DNA of 63,060 bases from Planctomycetota bacterium (GTDB lineage: Bacteria > Planctomycetota > UBA1135 > UBA2386): NCBI GenBank assembly GCA_947501605.1, contig CANMWZ010000024.1:1-63060 (forward strand), read 5' to 3'. Of the stretch, positions 27,289 through 38,376 are shown piece by piece (position 1 is the first letter of the stretch; the number at the start of each line of letters is the position of its first letter). The notes under the pieces were generated by a model. It searched no databases and was not told the origin of the DNA. It saw nothing but the letters and a program-made list of their open reading frames with translations. The translations under genes were made by a program, and so were the position numbers.

Positions 27289-27662
27289 CGAAGCAACCTA
27301 CGGTTCTGGTGGTCGATGACGAACCGTTCATCTGCCGTTCGCTGTCGTTCGTGTTGCGCAAAGGCAACTTCCACGTAGTCGAGGCTCGCAACGGCGAAGA
27401 AGCGCTTGCTGCGGTAAGGCAGCACCGTCCCGACTTGATCTTCATGGATGTCATGATGCCGAAGCTCAACGGCTTCGATGTCTGCCAAGCGATCAAAGCA
27501 GATCCCGAGTATGCCCATACACACGTGATCCTCTTGACTGCCAAGGGTCAGGACAGTGATCGCGAGGTTGGCTTGCAGGCTGGTGCGAACGAGTACATGA
27601 CGAAGCCGTTCAGCCCGACCAAGATCCTGGAGCGCGCGCGGGAGATTCTGACGAAGCTCTGA
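27285..27662 (+). CDS. single-domain response regulator
   Basis: VLVVDDE, MDVMMPKLNG, LTAKG, TKPFSP. No output domain. Confidence 0.95.
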   Translation: MTKQPTVLVVDDEPFICRSLSFVLRKGNFHVVEARNGEEALAAVRQHRPDLIFMDVMMPKLNGFDVCQAIKADPEYAHTHVILLTAKGQDSDREVGLQAGANEYMTKPFSPTKILERAREILTKL

Positions 27663-27679
27663 TCCGGGGCTCAGGACGT

Positions 27680-28690
27680 TCACGCGGCGCAGACGAAGTC
27701 GCGGCCCTCGACCTTTCCGAGTTGGGCGAGTCGCTCTCGGACGAGGGTGCGCGGGCCATGGTTGGCGACGCTGACGACGATGATCCGGCCTGCGAACTGC
27801 ATCACGGCGGCTGGCGGCACCACGAGCGCAGAGTCGATGCGTTGCCCGAGTTTGCGCGGGTCGAGTTCGACGATCGCTTCTGGTCGTCGTCCGAGCCGTA
27901 GCAGCTCGTGACGCAGTCGCCGGCCCGTGTCGCCGTGGCCCCAGAGCACGTAGCGGTCGTGGGCATGCAGCGGACCGGCGCAGAGATGGAAGGCCCTCAA
28001 CTCGGTCATTCGCTGCTGCCCGTAGCGCGCGTCGATGGTCGTTGCGGTGAGTGGTCCGCGGCGCCAGCCATGCAGGATGCGTGGCACGATCGAAAGGCGA
28101 TGCCCCGCATGGAGCAGGCGCAGCAGCAGGTCCCAGTCTTCGGCCCAACCGCGGTCGCAGTAGCCGTGTGCCTTGAGCACCTCAGTCCGCAACATCCACG
28201 TCGGATGCAGCAGCGGGCACTCGATGAAGCGATCCCGGTAGACGTCGTGTTCCGTGCGTATGGTGCGCAGCCATGCAGTGTAGGCCGCGAGGCCGTTGCC
28301 AAACATGCCCGCGGGAAATGCGCGGACATGACATCCGGCGCCGGCGAGCTTCTGTTCGCGCTCCATCAGTTCCACCTGCAACCTCAAACGGTCGCGATGC
28401 ATGATGTCGTCTGCGTCCATACGCGCGGTGAAGGCCGCAGTGCAGTGATGCAGGCCGCGCTGCAGCGCACCGACCAAGCCCAACGACGGTCCCTCGTGGA
28501 CTTCGAACCGGTCATCCTGAGCCGCAGTGTGCCTAGCGATCGCCCGAGTGTCGTCGCTCGAGCCGTCGTCAATGATGTGGCAGCGGAAGTCGGGGAAGCT
28601 CTGGCGTTGCAGGCTGCGGAGGCATGCCGACAACGTCGCCGCGGCATTGCGCGCAGGGAGGAGCACATTGACGCGCGCGGATGGACGCAT
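27680..28690 (-). CDS. glycosyltransferase family 2 (B3GNTL1/QTGAL-like architecture)
   Basis: VLLPARN, IDDGSSD, RMDADD, HPTW, AEDW. C-terminal WG.G.TGRRL...DPRKLG...EGRDF domain. Confidence 0.88.
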   Translation of the reverse strand: MRPSARVNVLLPARNAAATLSACLRSLQRQSFPDFRCHIIDDGSSDDTRAIARHTAAQDDRFEVHEGPSLGLVGALQRGLHHCTAAFTARMDADDIMHRDRLRLQVELMEREQKLAGAGCHVRAFPAGMFGNGLAAYTAWLRTIRTEHDVYRDRFIECPLLHPTWMLRTEVLKAHGYCDRGWAEDWDLLLRLLHAGHRLSIVPRILHGWRRGPLTATTIDARYGQQRMTELRAFHLCAGPLHAHDRYVLWGHGDTGRRLRHELLRLGRRPEAIVELDPRKLGQRIDSALVVPPAAVMQFAGRIIVVSVANHGPRTLVRERLAQLGKVEGRDFVCAA

Positions 28691-28787
28691 GAAACCGATG
28701 GCGAAGTGCGTCACTGCACCAGTGGGGCACCGCGCGCGCAAGCGTGGGGCTGCGGGCCCACCCAGAAGGCTCTACGATCCTGCCCCA

Positions 28788-30197
28788 ATGAACGCCGCGA
28801 ACCGCCAAGAGGGGCTGCCCTCGACACCCGCGCTGACACGTGCGGTGGACTCGATGTCGCAAGGATCGGTCGGGCTCACTGTGTTGCGCACCGGTCTCCC
28901 GCTGGCGATCGCCATGGCGAGCCACGCCATGATCAACCTCGTTGACCTGGCGCTGGTCGGGCAACTGGGCAAGGAAGCGGCGGCCGCGGCGCACATTGCT
29001 TCGGTCGTCAACTTCGTGCCCATGATCGTTGGTAACTCAATCTCGGTCGCGGCCATGGCGGTGCTGTCGCAGCAACTGGGGGCCGGCGAACAGGGCCGGG
29101 CGAAGGCGTTTGCGCGCGCGAGTCTCCGGTGGATGTTCGTGGCTGGGGCCGTGGTCTCGGTCCTGAGTGCGTTGCCGGCGGCGATATGTGTGGACAGCAT
29201 CGGCAGCGAGGGCTCGGTGCGGAGCGATGCCATCCACTACCTTGTCGTCAGCAACCTTGGCTGCTTGCCGATGTTCGTCTTGATGCAGGCGACTGCCGTG
29301 ATGCGCGCGGCTGGCGAGACCGCAGCGCCGTTGTTCGTCCTGCTGTTTGCCAACGGCCTGAACCTCGTTCTCGACGTCGTGCTGTTGTTCGGATGGGAGG
29401 CGGCCGGCATCCCGGCAATCGGGGTCACTGGTGCGGCCTACGCGACGGTCGCGTCGCGCGCGGTCGCGGCAGTCGTGGCGCTGTGGTGGTTGCACCGCCC
29501 ACAGCATCGCTTTGGCGTCCACATCACGATTGCCAAGGAGCGAACTCCGGTCGCCGCACGATTGCTGCATGGCGCCTGGCCGCAGGTGGTGCAGATCGGG
29601 CTGCGCGCTGCTGTGGTCTGGGGCATCACGGCCATGGTGCAACGGCGGCTCGGTGACGATGGCACTGCGGCGCTGGCAGTGACGACGCGCCTCGACACGT
29701 TGGTGCTGTTTTCGGCCCTTGGCTTCGCTTCGGCCGCGACCACCGTTGCGGGCCGCGCGGTCGCAAGCGGCGAGATTCGACGCGCGCGGGCAGCAGGGCT
29801 GCACGCGGGGCTTCAGGCCTTCCTGTTCGGCAGCGCCGTGGTGTTTGCATTCCAGCAGACGGCAGAACCGATGCTGCGCGCGTTCGTGCCCGCGGCGGGG
29901 CCGCCGGTGGTAGCTGCGGGGATGCTCTACGTGAGTGTCGCCGCAGTGGCGCAGCCGTTTGCCGCTTGCGCGCTCGGTGCGATGGGTGCACCGCATGGCG
30001 CGGGCCGCATGCTCGGGCCGCTTGCGGTCGATCTAGTCGGCTTCGCGGCGCTGCTGGTGTCGCTGCTGTGCGCCGCGCAGCTGGAACTCGCTTCGATCTA
30101 CCTCGTGCTCGTTGGTGGTGCGGCGGCCTTGGCGCTGCTGCATCTCACCCTGGTTGCGGCCGGCTCCTGGCCGCTCCGTCGGACCGTGACAGATTGA
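28788..30197 (+). CDS. MATE family transporter
   Basis: About 12 TM helices, NLVDLALVGQLG, MRAAGET..PL, NLVLDVVLLFG, GVTGAAYATV. Confidence 0.92.
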   Translation: MNAANRQEGLPSTPALTRAVDSMSQGSVGLTVLRTGLPLAIAMASHAMINLVDLALVGQLGKEAAAAAHIASVVNFVPMIVGNSISVAAMAVLSQQLGAGEQGRAKAFARASLRWMFVAGAVVSVLSALPAAICVDSIGSEGSVRSDAIHYLVVSNLGCLPMFVLMQATAVMRAAGETAAPLFVLLFANGLNLVLDVVLLFGWEAAGIPAIGVTGAAYATVASRAVAAVVALWWLHRPQHRFGVHITIAKERTPVAARLLHGAWPQVVQIGLRAAVVWGITAMVQRRLGDDGTAALAVTTRLDTLVLFSALGFASAATTVAGRAVASGEIRRARAAGLHAGLQAFLFGSAVVFAFQQTAEPMLRAFVPAAGPPVVAAGMLYVSVAAVAQPFAACALGAMGAPHGAGRMLGPLAVDLVGFAALLVSLLCAAQLELASIYLVLVGGAAALALLHLTLVAAGSWPLRRTVTD

Positions 30198-30232
30198 CCG
30201 AGCGTGCCCCAGGCTGAACTGCCAAGATGGCA
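30187..30232 (+). promoter_or_regulatory. paired palindromic upstream sites before dnaK
   Basis: TGACA-gat-TGACC (30187-30199) and TGCCA-aga-TGGCA (30220-30232), about 70-110 bp upstream of a sigma54-like promoter. Confidence 0.55.
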
Positions 30233-30297
30233 CCATTGGCTTTGGGGAGGTCTCATACAACCCAAGCTGGTGCCTTGACTTCGGTCGGATGTGCTCC

Positions 30298-30313
30298 CGG
30301 CACGCCGTTTGGT
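30298..30313 (+). promoter_or_regulatory. sigma54-like promoter of dnaK
   Basis: CGGCACG-CCGT-TTGGT has correct -24/-12 spacing but GG instead of GC at -12. Confidence 0.5.
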
Positions 30314-30361
30314 TGGCGCCAGCCTTCCCGCAAGCGCTGCAGGTCCTCAGGAGCCATACCA

Positions 30362-32257
<1,896 letters not shown>

Positions 32258-32263
32258 CCAAGA

Positions 32264-32296
32264 GCTCGGCGAGGCTTCTGTTTCGCCCCGCCGAGC
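32264..32296 (+). terminator. hairpin after dnaK (possible terminator)
   Basis: GCTCGGCGAGGC/GCCCCGCCGAGC stem. No U-tract. Confidence 0.35.
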
Positions 32297-32401
32297 GCCG
32301 ATGCTATGGTCCCGATCCCCGCGAGCGGCGGGACTAGGCCGGTTCCTGCGATCGTTGCGCGGGCTATGCGCGGCCGTGCGGCAGATCCCGGTGACTAGGC
32401 G

Positions 32402-33355
32402 ATGATTTCGGTTCGCGACCTACGGAAACAGTTTGGTTCCACTGCGGCCGTCGACGGCCTCTCTTTCGAGGTGTCGCGCGGCGAAGTCTTGGGCTTCCTC
32501 GGCCCCAACGGCGCTGGCAAGACCACGACCATCCGCGTGCTGACGTGCTTCCACCCGGCGACCTCGGGCGAGGTGCGGGTGGGGGGCTTTGATGTGCGAA
32601 CGCAGGCGATCGAAGTGCGCCGCTGCATCGGTTACCTGCCGGAGAACGTACCGCTCTACCCGGACCTGCGCGTCGACGAGTATCTGCACTACCGCGCCGC
32701 CTTGAAAGGTGTGCCGCGCAAACAGCGCAAGAGCAACGTCGAACGCGCAATGGAGCGAGCTGGCGTGCTCGAAGTCCGCAACAAGCTGGTGGGGCACGTG
32801 TCGCGCGGCTACCGCCAACGCACCGGACTTGCCGACGCGCTGGTCGCCAATCCGCCGATCCTGATCCTCGATGAGCCGACGTCGGGCCTCGATCCCAATC
32901 AGCGCCGTCGCATCAAGCAGCTGGTCAAGGACCTCGCCCAGGAGCACACGATCCTGTTCAGCAGCCACATCCTCGCCGAGGTCCAAGACGTGACTTCGCG
33001 CATCGTCGTGATCCACCGCGGCAGGCTCCGAGCCGACGGCACGGCCGCCGATCTGATCGCGAAGGGCAGTTCGCGCACGTTGCGTGTCGAAGCCCACGCC
33101 GATGCCGAGACCCTGCGGCGCGCCCTGGTGCCGATTCGGGGTCTGTCGGCGCCGCGCACGACCGACCTCGGCGATGGCACCACGCTGCTGCTCGCCGCGA
33201 TCGAACAGCAAGGGGATCTCCGCGACGCCGTGGCGCAGGCCCTGGCCGCGGCCGGAGTGCGAGTGCGCGAGCTGCGCGTCGAGTTGCCAACCCTCGAAGA
33301 GTACTTCTACTCCGTGACTGAGGGCGCAGACCGCTCCGAGGAGGGGGTCGCATGA
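32402..33355 (+). CDS. ABC transporter ATP-binding protein (GldA-like)
   Basis: GPNGAGKTT, VSRGYRQR signature, LILDEPTSGLDP, SSH. Confidence 0.95.
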   Translation: MISVRDLRKQFGSTAAVDGLSFEVSRGEVLGFLGPNGAGKTTTIRVLTCFHPATSGEVRVGGFDVRTQAIEVRRCIGYLPENVPLYPDLRVDEYLHYRAALKGVPRKQRKSNVERAMERAGVLEVRNKLVGHVSRGYRQRTGLADALVANPPILILDEPTSGLDPNQRRRIKQLVKDLAQEHTILFSSHILAEVQDVTSRIVVIHRGRLRADGTAADLIAKGSSRTLRVEAHADAETLRRALVPIRGLSAPRTTDLGDGTTLLLAAIEQQGDLRDAVAQALAAAGVRVRELRVELPTLEEYFYSVTEGADRSEEGVA

Positions 33356-34119
33356 ACGGCACTCTCGTCACGCTGAAGAAGGAGCTGATGTCCTACTTCT
33401 ACAGCCCGGTGAGCTACCTGATCGCCGTGCTGTTCTATCTGTGGCGCGGCTACGAAGTGCGCTCGACGGTGCGCGCATTCGCGGTCTATCAGCTCGACCA
33501 GGACTTGCTGCCGTCGGCCTGCTTCGGCCTGACCAGCACGTTCTTCATGGTGCTCTTGGTGCCTGGAGTGCTGACCATGCGCTGCTTCGCGGAAGAGCGT
33601 CGCAGCGGTTCGATCGAGACGTTGCTGACGGCGCCGATCCGCGATGTCGAGGTGGTGCTCGGCAAGTGGCTTGCCGCGGTCGCGTTTTACTCGCTGCTGT
33701 GGCTGCCGACCGTGCTCTTGATGTGGGTGTTGACGCTGCCGCCGTTCCTCGACACGCACCTCGAGTTCGGGCCGGTGTTCACGTCGTACTGCGGGATGTT
33801 CCTGCTGTCGTCGATGCTGCTGGCCTACGGCTGCTTCGCTAGTAGCTTGACCGACAATCTGCTGCTCGCGGCCATCGTCGCCATCCTGTTCAACCTTGGT
33901 CTGCTCAAGCTGCCCGAGTTGCTGCGGCAAGAGCTCGGCGCAACGGCGCAAGAGCCATTGGTCGAGCAGGTGTTGTCGAAGCTCGACGTGATGGGCAACT
34001 TTGGTCAGTGGTGGGCACGCGGTCTGGTCGACACGAGCCAGATCTGGTTCTACCTCGGCGGCACGATGTTCTTCCTGTTCTTGACCGTGCTGAGCTTCGG
34101 TGCGCGGAGGGTGGCATGA
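33352..34119 (+). CDS. ABC-2 type permease (GldF-like)
   Basis: KKELMSYFYSP, LTMRCFAEERRSGSIETLLTAP, VLGKW. Six TM helices. Confidence 0.92.
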   Translation: MNGTLVTLKKELMSYFYSPVSYLIAVLFYLWRGYEVRSTVRAFAVYQLDQDLLPSACFGLTSTFFMVLLVPGVLTMRCFAEERRSGSIETLLTAPIRDVEVVLGKWLAAVAFYSLLWLPTVLLMWVLTLPPFLDTHLEFGPVFTSYCGMFLLSSMLLAYGCFASSLTDNLLLAAIVAILFNLGLLKLPELLRQELGATAQEPLVEQVLSKLDVMGNFGQWWARGLVDTSQIWFYLGGTMFFLFLTVLSFGARRVA

Positions 34120-35708
34120 AGCTCCGCGCTCTCGGCATGTGGGCCAATCTGCTGCTCGCCGGCATCCTGATGTTGGCGGTGTGGCTGTTGATGATCTGGG
34201 TCGGCAGTCGGCCGGCGCTGAAGCGGCTCTACGATTTCACCCCGCAGCAGCGCAGCACGATCGACCAGGTCTCGATCGACCTGCTGAAGGAACTCGGCGC
34301 CGAGGGGGTGAAGATCGAGTTCCACACCTTCTTCGAACGCTCCGGCCAGTCGCCGCAGGATCCGTTCCAGTTCCAGCGCCAGCGCATCCTCGACCGTTTG
34401 CGAGAGCTCACGGGCATGCTGCTGCGGCAGTACGCGTTCCATGGCGGTGACGCAGTTGCTGTGCGGGACCACGATCAGTACGGCGACATCGCCGCCACGC
34501 GCGACGCGACGCAGAAGTTTGGCGTCGCGGAGACCGACGTAATCGTTGTGGCCGTGCAGCAGCCGGGTCGGCCGCCGCGCCATCGCACGTTGTCGCTCGA
34601 AGGCGATCTCGGCGTGGTGGAGATCCCTGAGCTGCGCCAGTCGCAGTCGCCGTTGCCGGGCACGATGGTGCCAATCTTGAAGGACTACAAGGGCGAGGAA
34701 GCGCTCTCGTCGGCGTTGAAGAGCCTGCTGCTCCAGGGGACGCCGGTGGTCTACTTCCTGAACGGCAACTCGCTCGACTTGGCGCCCCCGACCTCCACGA
34801 CGGGCGCCTCGTATTCGCAGCTCAACCAGATGCTGCGAGCCTCGGGCTTCGAGGTTCGAGAGCTTGACCTCGGCCGCCTCGGCGCGGTGCCCCAGGACGC
34901 CGCAGTGGTCGCGATTCTGGAGCCGCGCCGTGACTGCGCCGACATCGAAGTGCGCGCGCTGCACCAGTACCTCCGCCGCGGTGGCCGCCTATTTGTCGAT
35001 TACTCCTGGGCGGCCCAGCCGGACTGGAACCCGAGCGGCGGCGAACTTGGCCGGCTGCTGGGATTCGAAGTCGCACCCCAACCGGTCTACCACTTGATCG
35101 TCGATCCGAAGTGGGGCCAAAACGTTCGGGGTCTGGACGGCGACCCGCGCGTCAGCAAGATCGACTTGTTCTTGAATGGCAATCACCCGGTAACACTGCG
35201 TCTCGCGCGTTCCACTCAGGTGTTGCAGATGGACCAGGTTCGGCCGCTGGTGTTGCGCGACGACGTGCCGCAGGGCATTCGCCGCGAGCCGTTGCTGTAC
35301 ACCGGGCCTCAGGGCTGGCTCGCCGTGCCCGATCGCGATGGCTACCCGGACACGCACGCGCCGGGCGTCGACAGCGCCTTGCAGGTCTTCACGGTCGGCG
35401 CGGTGATCGACGTCGATGGAGAGAAGGGCAGCGACGGCAAAGTGCGCAACGGCGCCTGCATCGTGACCACTGGCTTGTTCTGCAACAACCTTGGCATGGC
35501 ACTCAATTCTTCGCTCGCGAGCAACATCTTCAATTGGCTCTGTGAGCGGCGAATCCTGCTCGACATTCGGGGCAGCACCTACGTGGCGCGCCACCTCACG
35601 TTGAAACCGCAGCAGGACGAACGCATCTGGTGGCTGCTCGTGGTCGCCGTACCTGGCGCGTTCCTGGGGCTTGGCATGCTCGTCGCTTGGCGGCGGAGGG
35701 ATCGCTGA
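34116..35708 (+). CDS. GldG-like ABC auxiliary component
   Basis: N- and C-terminal TM helices, GEEALSSAL..L...PVVYFLNG, YLRRGGRL, NIFNWL. Operon position. Confidence 0.85.
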   Translation: MKLRALGMWANLLLAGILMLAVWLLMIWVGSRPALKRLYDFTPQQRSTIDQVSIDLLKELGAEGVKIEFHTFFERSGQSPQDPFQFQRQRILDRLRELTGMLLRQYAFHGGDAVAVRDHDQYGDIAATRDATQKFGVAETDVIVVAVQQPGRPPRHRTLSLEGDLGVVEIPELRQSQSPLPGTMVPILKDYKGEEALSSALKSLLLQGTPVVYFLNGNSLDLAPPTSTTGASYSQLNQMLRASGFEVRELDLGRLGAVPQDAAVVAILEPRRDCADIEVRALHQYLRRGGRLFVDYSWAAQPDWNPSGGELGRLLGFEVAPQPVYHLIVDPKWGQNVRGLDGDPRVSKIDLFLNGNHPVTLRLARSTQVLQMDQVRPLVLRDDVPQGIRREPLLYTGPQGWLAVPDRDGYPDTHAPGVDSALQVFTVGAVIDVDGEKGSDGKVRNGACIVTTGLFCNNLGMALNSSLASNIFNWLCERRILLDIRGSTYVARHLTLKPQQDERIWWLLVVAVPGAFLGLGMLVAWRRRDR

Positions 35709-37477
35709 TGGGATTGCGCACTCTGTTGTCGCTGTCGTGCGTGGTCGCAGCACTCGCAGCCGTCCTCTACCTCACGGAAGCAAAGCCCACAGAAGAGGGC
35801 AATGTCGCGGTGCCGCTGCTAGGTAGCCACAAGCTGTCCTCGGTGACGCGCATGGCGTGGAAGTTCACCGACGAAGAGACCATCGAGATGCGCCGCGAGC
35901 CAGGCGGTTCGTTCCGCTTGACGCATCCAATCGAGGACTTGGTGGCTCAAGACCACTTGGTCAACGTGGCCAATACCTACGAGAGTGCGATGCTCGGCGA
36001 AACGCCGCTGCTGGACACCGCCGACAATCGCCGCAAGACTGGGCTCGACCAGCCGCGCCTCGTGCTCGACATCGAGTTCTCGGACGGGCAGAAGGAGCAC
36101 ATCGAAATCGGCGCCGACGGTCCGTTGGGCAGCGATCTGTTCGTGCGCCGCGACGGCACGATCTTTCGTGGCGGCCAGTCGCTGCTCACAGCGCTGCACA
36201 AGGGCATTGACGATCTGCGCGAACGCCAGGTGTTCAGCACGCCGCCACAGGCGGTTACCGAGGTTGTTGTCGATCGCAAGCAGAAGAGCGGAGAGCGCGA
36301 GGTGATGCGACTTGGGCGCGGCGGTGACGGCTGGCGTCTCCTCGAGCCGATCCGGGCGCGGGCGGCAACCAGCGCCGCCAACTCCTTCGTCGGCAACATC
36401 GTGGCAATGCGCATTGACACGTTTGTCAGCGGCCCGATCCGTCTGCCGGAAAGCGCTCCTGATCTCGTGCTCACCTTGAAGGGTGGGGCGCGCGACGAAG
36501 TGGTCAAGCTCTGGCTCGACGCGCAGCAGAACCTGTTCGGACGCCTTGAGGATCGACGCATCAGCTTTCAGGCGATGCATCAGCAGTATCTGCGGACGTT
36601 CACCGAGACCGCCGACGAGTTGCGCTCCCGCATTCTGGTGCCGATGACGGACATCTATCACGAGATCACCACGATGATGGTGGCTCTGGGCGAAGATGAG
36701 CCTCGCCTCGTGCTGATGCGCGACACGCCCGACTCGCCGTGGCAGTTCCGCGAACCGTTGCAGGGCCTCGCCGAGCCGCAAGCGACCAACGAACTGATCA
36801 CCGCGATCAACAACCTGCGCGCGGTGTCGTTCTTGCCGGCTGGTACCAAGCCCCAGGACTGTGGCTTGGGCACGGGCGCATGGATCCTGATGACGCAAGC
36901 ACTCGGTCAGGAGAAACCGCACTTGCTGAAGCTCGGCAAGGATGACGTCCGCGACGAGATCCAAGTGACTTACGTGTCCCTGCAGGACAGTCCAGACGAG
37001 ATCGTCGCTGTGCCGCGCGGCGCGGTGGCCGTGATCCGCCGTCCATGGACCGACTACGTGCCGCGTCGCATCTTCTCGATTCAAGAGGCGGTGACGAAGG
37101 TCCACCTGGCGCGGCGCGATGGCACGGTTCGACAACTGCGCACCGGGGACGACGGCAAATGGACGGGGTCCAATGGCGCGGCTGTGCGCGACGAACTCGT
37201 GGCGGAGATCGTCGATCGAGTGCGCGACCTGCAGGGCAAGCAAGTCCGTCTCCTTCGCACGTTGAAACGCAGCGAACCGGACTGGCCAGACGATCCAGAC
37301 TGGTCGATGGTCACCGGCCGCAACTACGACCCTGACGACGGCGTCGGGTTTGGCGGTCTGGACGTCTACGATCGGCCGGGCAAACCGCTCTACGTGCGGA
37401 GCCGAACGGGCCTGACCGAGATCGTCTACGAGTTGTCGACAATCGACAGCGACAACCTCCGTCAACTCTGGCTGTAG
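35708..37477 (+). CDS. DUF4340 domain protein (repeated domains)
   Basis: N-terminal anchor, repeated WRLLEP / GLDQPRL / LRERQVF units. Usual fourth gene of GldAFG-like operons. Confidence 0.8.
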   Translation: MGLRTLLSLSCVVAALAAVLYLTEAKPTEEGNVAVPLLGSHKLSSVTRMAWKFTDEETIEMRREPGGSFRLTHPIEDLVAQDHLVNVANTYESAMLGETPLLDTADNRRKTGLDQPRLVLDIEFSDGQKEHIEIGADGPLGSDLFVRRDGTIFRGGQSLLTALHKGIDDLRERQVFSTPPQAVTEVVVDRKQKSGEREVMRLGRGGDGWRLLEPIRARAATSAANSFVGNIVAMRIDTFVSGPIRLPESAPDLVLTLKGGARDEVVKLWLDAQQNLFGRLEDRRISFQAMHQQYLRTFTETADELRSRILVPMTDIYHEITTMMVALGEDEPRLVLMRDTPDSPWQFREPLQGLAEPQATNELITAINNLRAVSFLPAGTKPQDCGLGTGAWILMTQALGQEKPHLLKLGKDDVRDEIQVTYVSLQDSPDEIVAVPRGAVAVIRRPWTDYVPRRIFSIQEAVTKVHLARRDGTVRQLRTGDDGKWTGSNGAAVRDELVAEIVDRVRDLQGKQVRLLRTLKRSEPDWPDDPDWSMVTGRNYDPDDGVGFGGLDVYDRPGKPLYVRSRTGLTEIVYELSTIDSDNLRQLWL

Positions 37478-37521
37478 CAGGTCCTCGGGGCCGCCGTATC
37501 GTCCGTCGTCGAGTTCTGCCG

Positions 37522-38010
37522 ATGCAAGCGCCCAAAGCTCTTCGCCACTGGTTGTTCAAGTCCGAGCCTTCGGTCTACGGTTGGCAGCACTTCGAAGCCG
37601 AGCGGCGCACGTTCTGGACCGGCGTACGCAACTACCAGGCGCGCAACCTGCTGCGGGATGAAGTGAAGATCGGCGACGGCGTGCTCTTCTACCACAGCAA
37701 TGCGAACCCGACGGCGATCGTTGGCCTCGCCCGGGTCATCGCCGGCGGCAGCCCCGATCCAACGCAGTTCGACCGCAAGAGTCCCTACTACGACGAAGGC
37801 AGTTCTGCGACCGAGCCGCGCTGGTACGGGGTCGAGATCGAAGCCATTGCACCCATCGCCCCGCCCCTCACGCGCGATGCCTTGAAGCTCGCGGGCGCAC
37901 TGGCCGGCATGATGCTCCTGCAGCGCGGTTCACGGTTGTCGGTGCAGCCCGTTACTGCGGCCCACTGGACCTGGATCTGCAGGCTGGCCGGCGTAGCGGA
38001 CAGATTCTGA
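37522..38010 (+). CDS. EVE domain protein
   Basis: WLFKSEP, WTGVRNYQARN, GDGVLFYHS, RLSVQPV. Confidence 0.95.
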   Translation: MQAPKALRHWLFKSEPSVYGWQHFEAERRTFWTGVRNYQARNLLRDEVKIGDGVLFYHSNANPTAIVGLARVIAGGSPDPTQFDRKSPYYDEGSSATEPRWYGVEIEAIAPIAPPLTRDALKLAGALAGMMLLQRGSRLSVQPVTAAHWTWICRLAGVADRF

Positions 38011-38054
38011 GCGACGGCTGGGTTCCGTGGGCTACATGGCTGCGGTCGGGTCGC

Positions 38055-38060
38055 TACAAT
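38055..38060 (+). promoter_or_regulatory. -10 box for a probable leaderless clpS transcript
   Basis: TACAAT followed by 7 nt then ATG 38068. No SD. Confidence 0.55.
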
Positions 38061-38067
38061 CGCGCTG

Positions 38068-38376
38068 ATGACCGTCCTCCCGCGCGCCGCCACCAAGGAG
38101 AAGACCAAAACCGAGACGCGGACCAAGACCGCGGTCGCGCGACCTTGGAACGTCATCGTGCACGATGACCCGGTCACCTTGATGACTTACGTGACACGCG
38201 TCTTCATCCAGGTTTTCGGCTATCCCGACTCGAAGGCGCAGCGGTTGATGATGGAGGTCCATCGCGAGGGGCGCAGCATCGTCTGGACCGGGGGCCGCGA
38301 GCAGGCCGAGGTTTACGCGCAGAAGCTGCAGGCTCACCACCTCAAGACGAGCCTCGAACAGGTGGATGCCGAATGA
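38068..38376 (+). CDS. clpS: ATP-dependent Clp protease adaptor ClpS
   Basis: PWNVIVHDDPVTLMTYV, LMMEVHREG, REQAE.Y. Confidence 0.93.
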   Translation: MTVLPRAATKEKTKTETRTKTAVARPWNVIVHDDPVTLMTYVTRVFIQVFGYPDSKAQRLMMEVHREGRSIVWTGGREQAEVYAQKLQAHHLKTSLEQVDAE

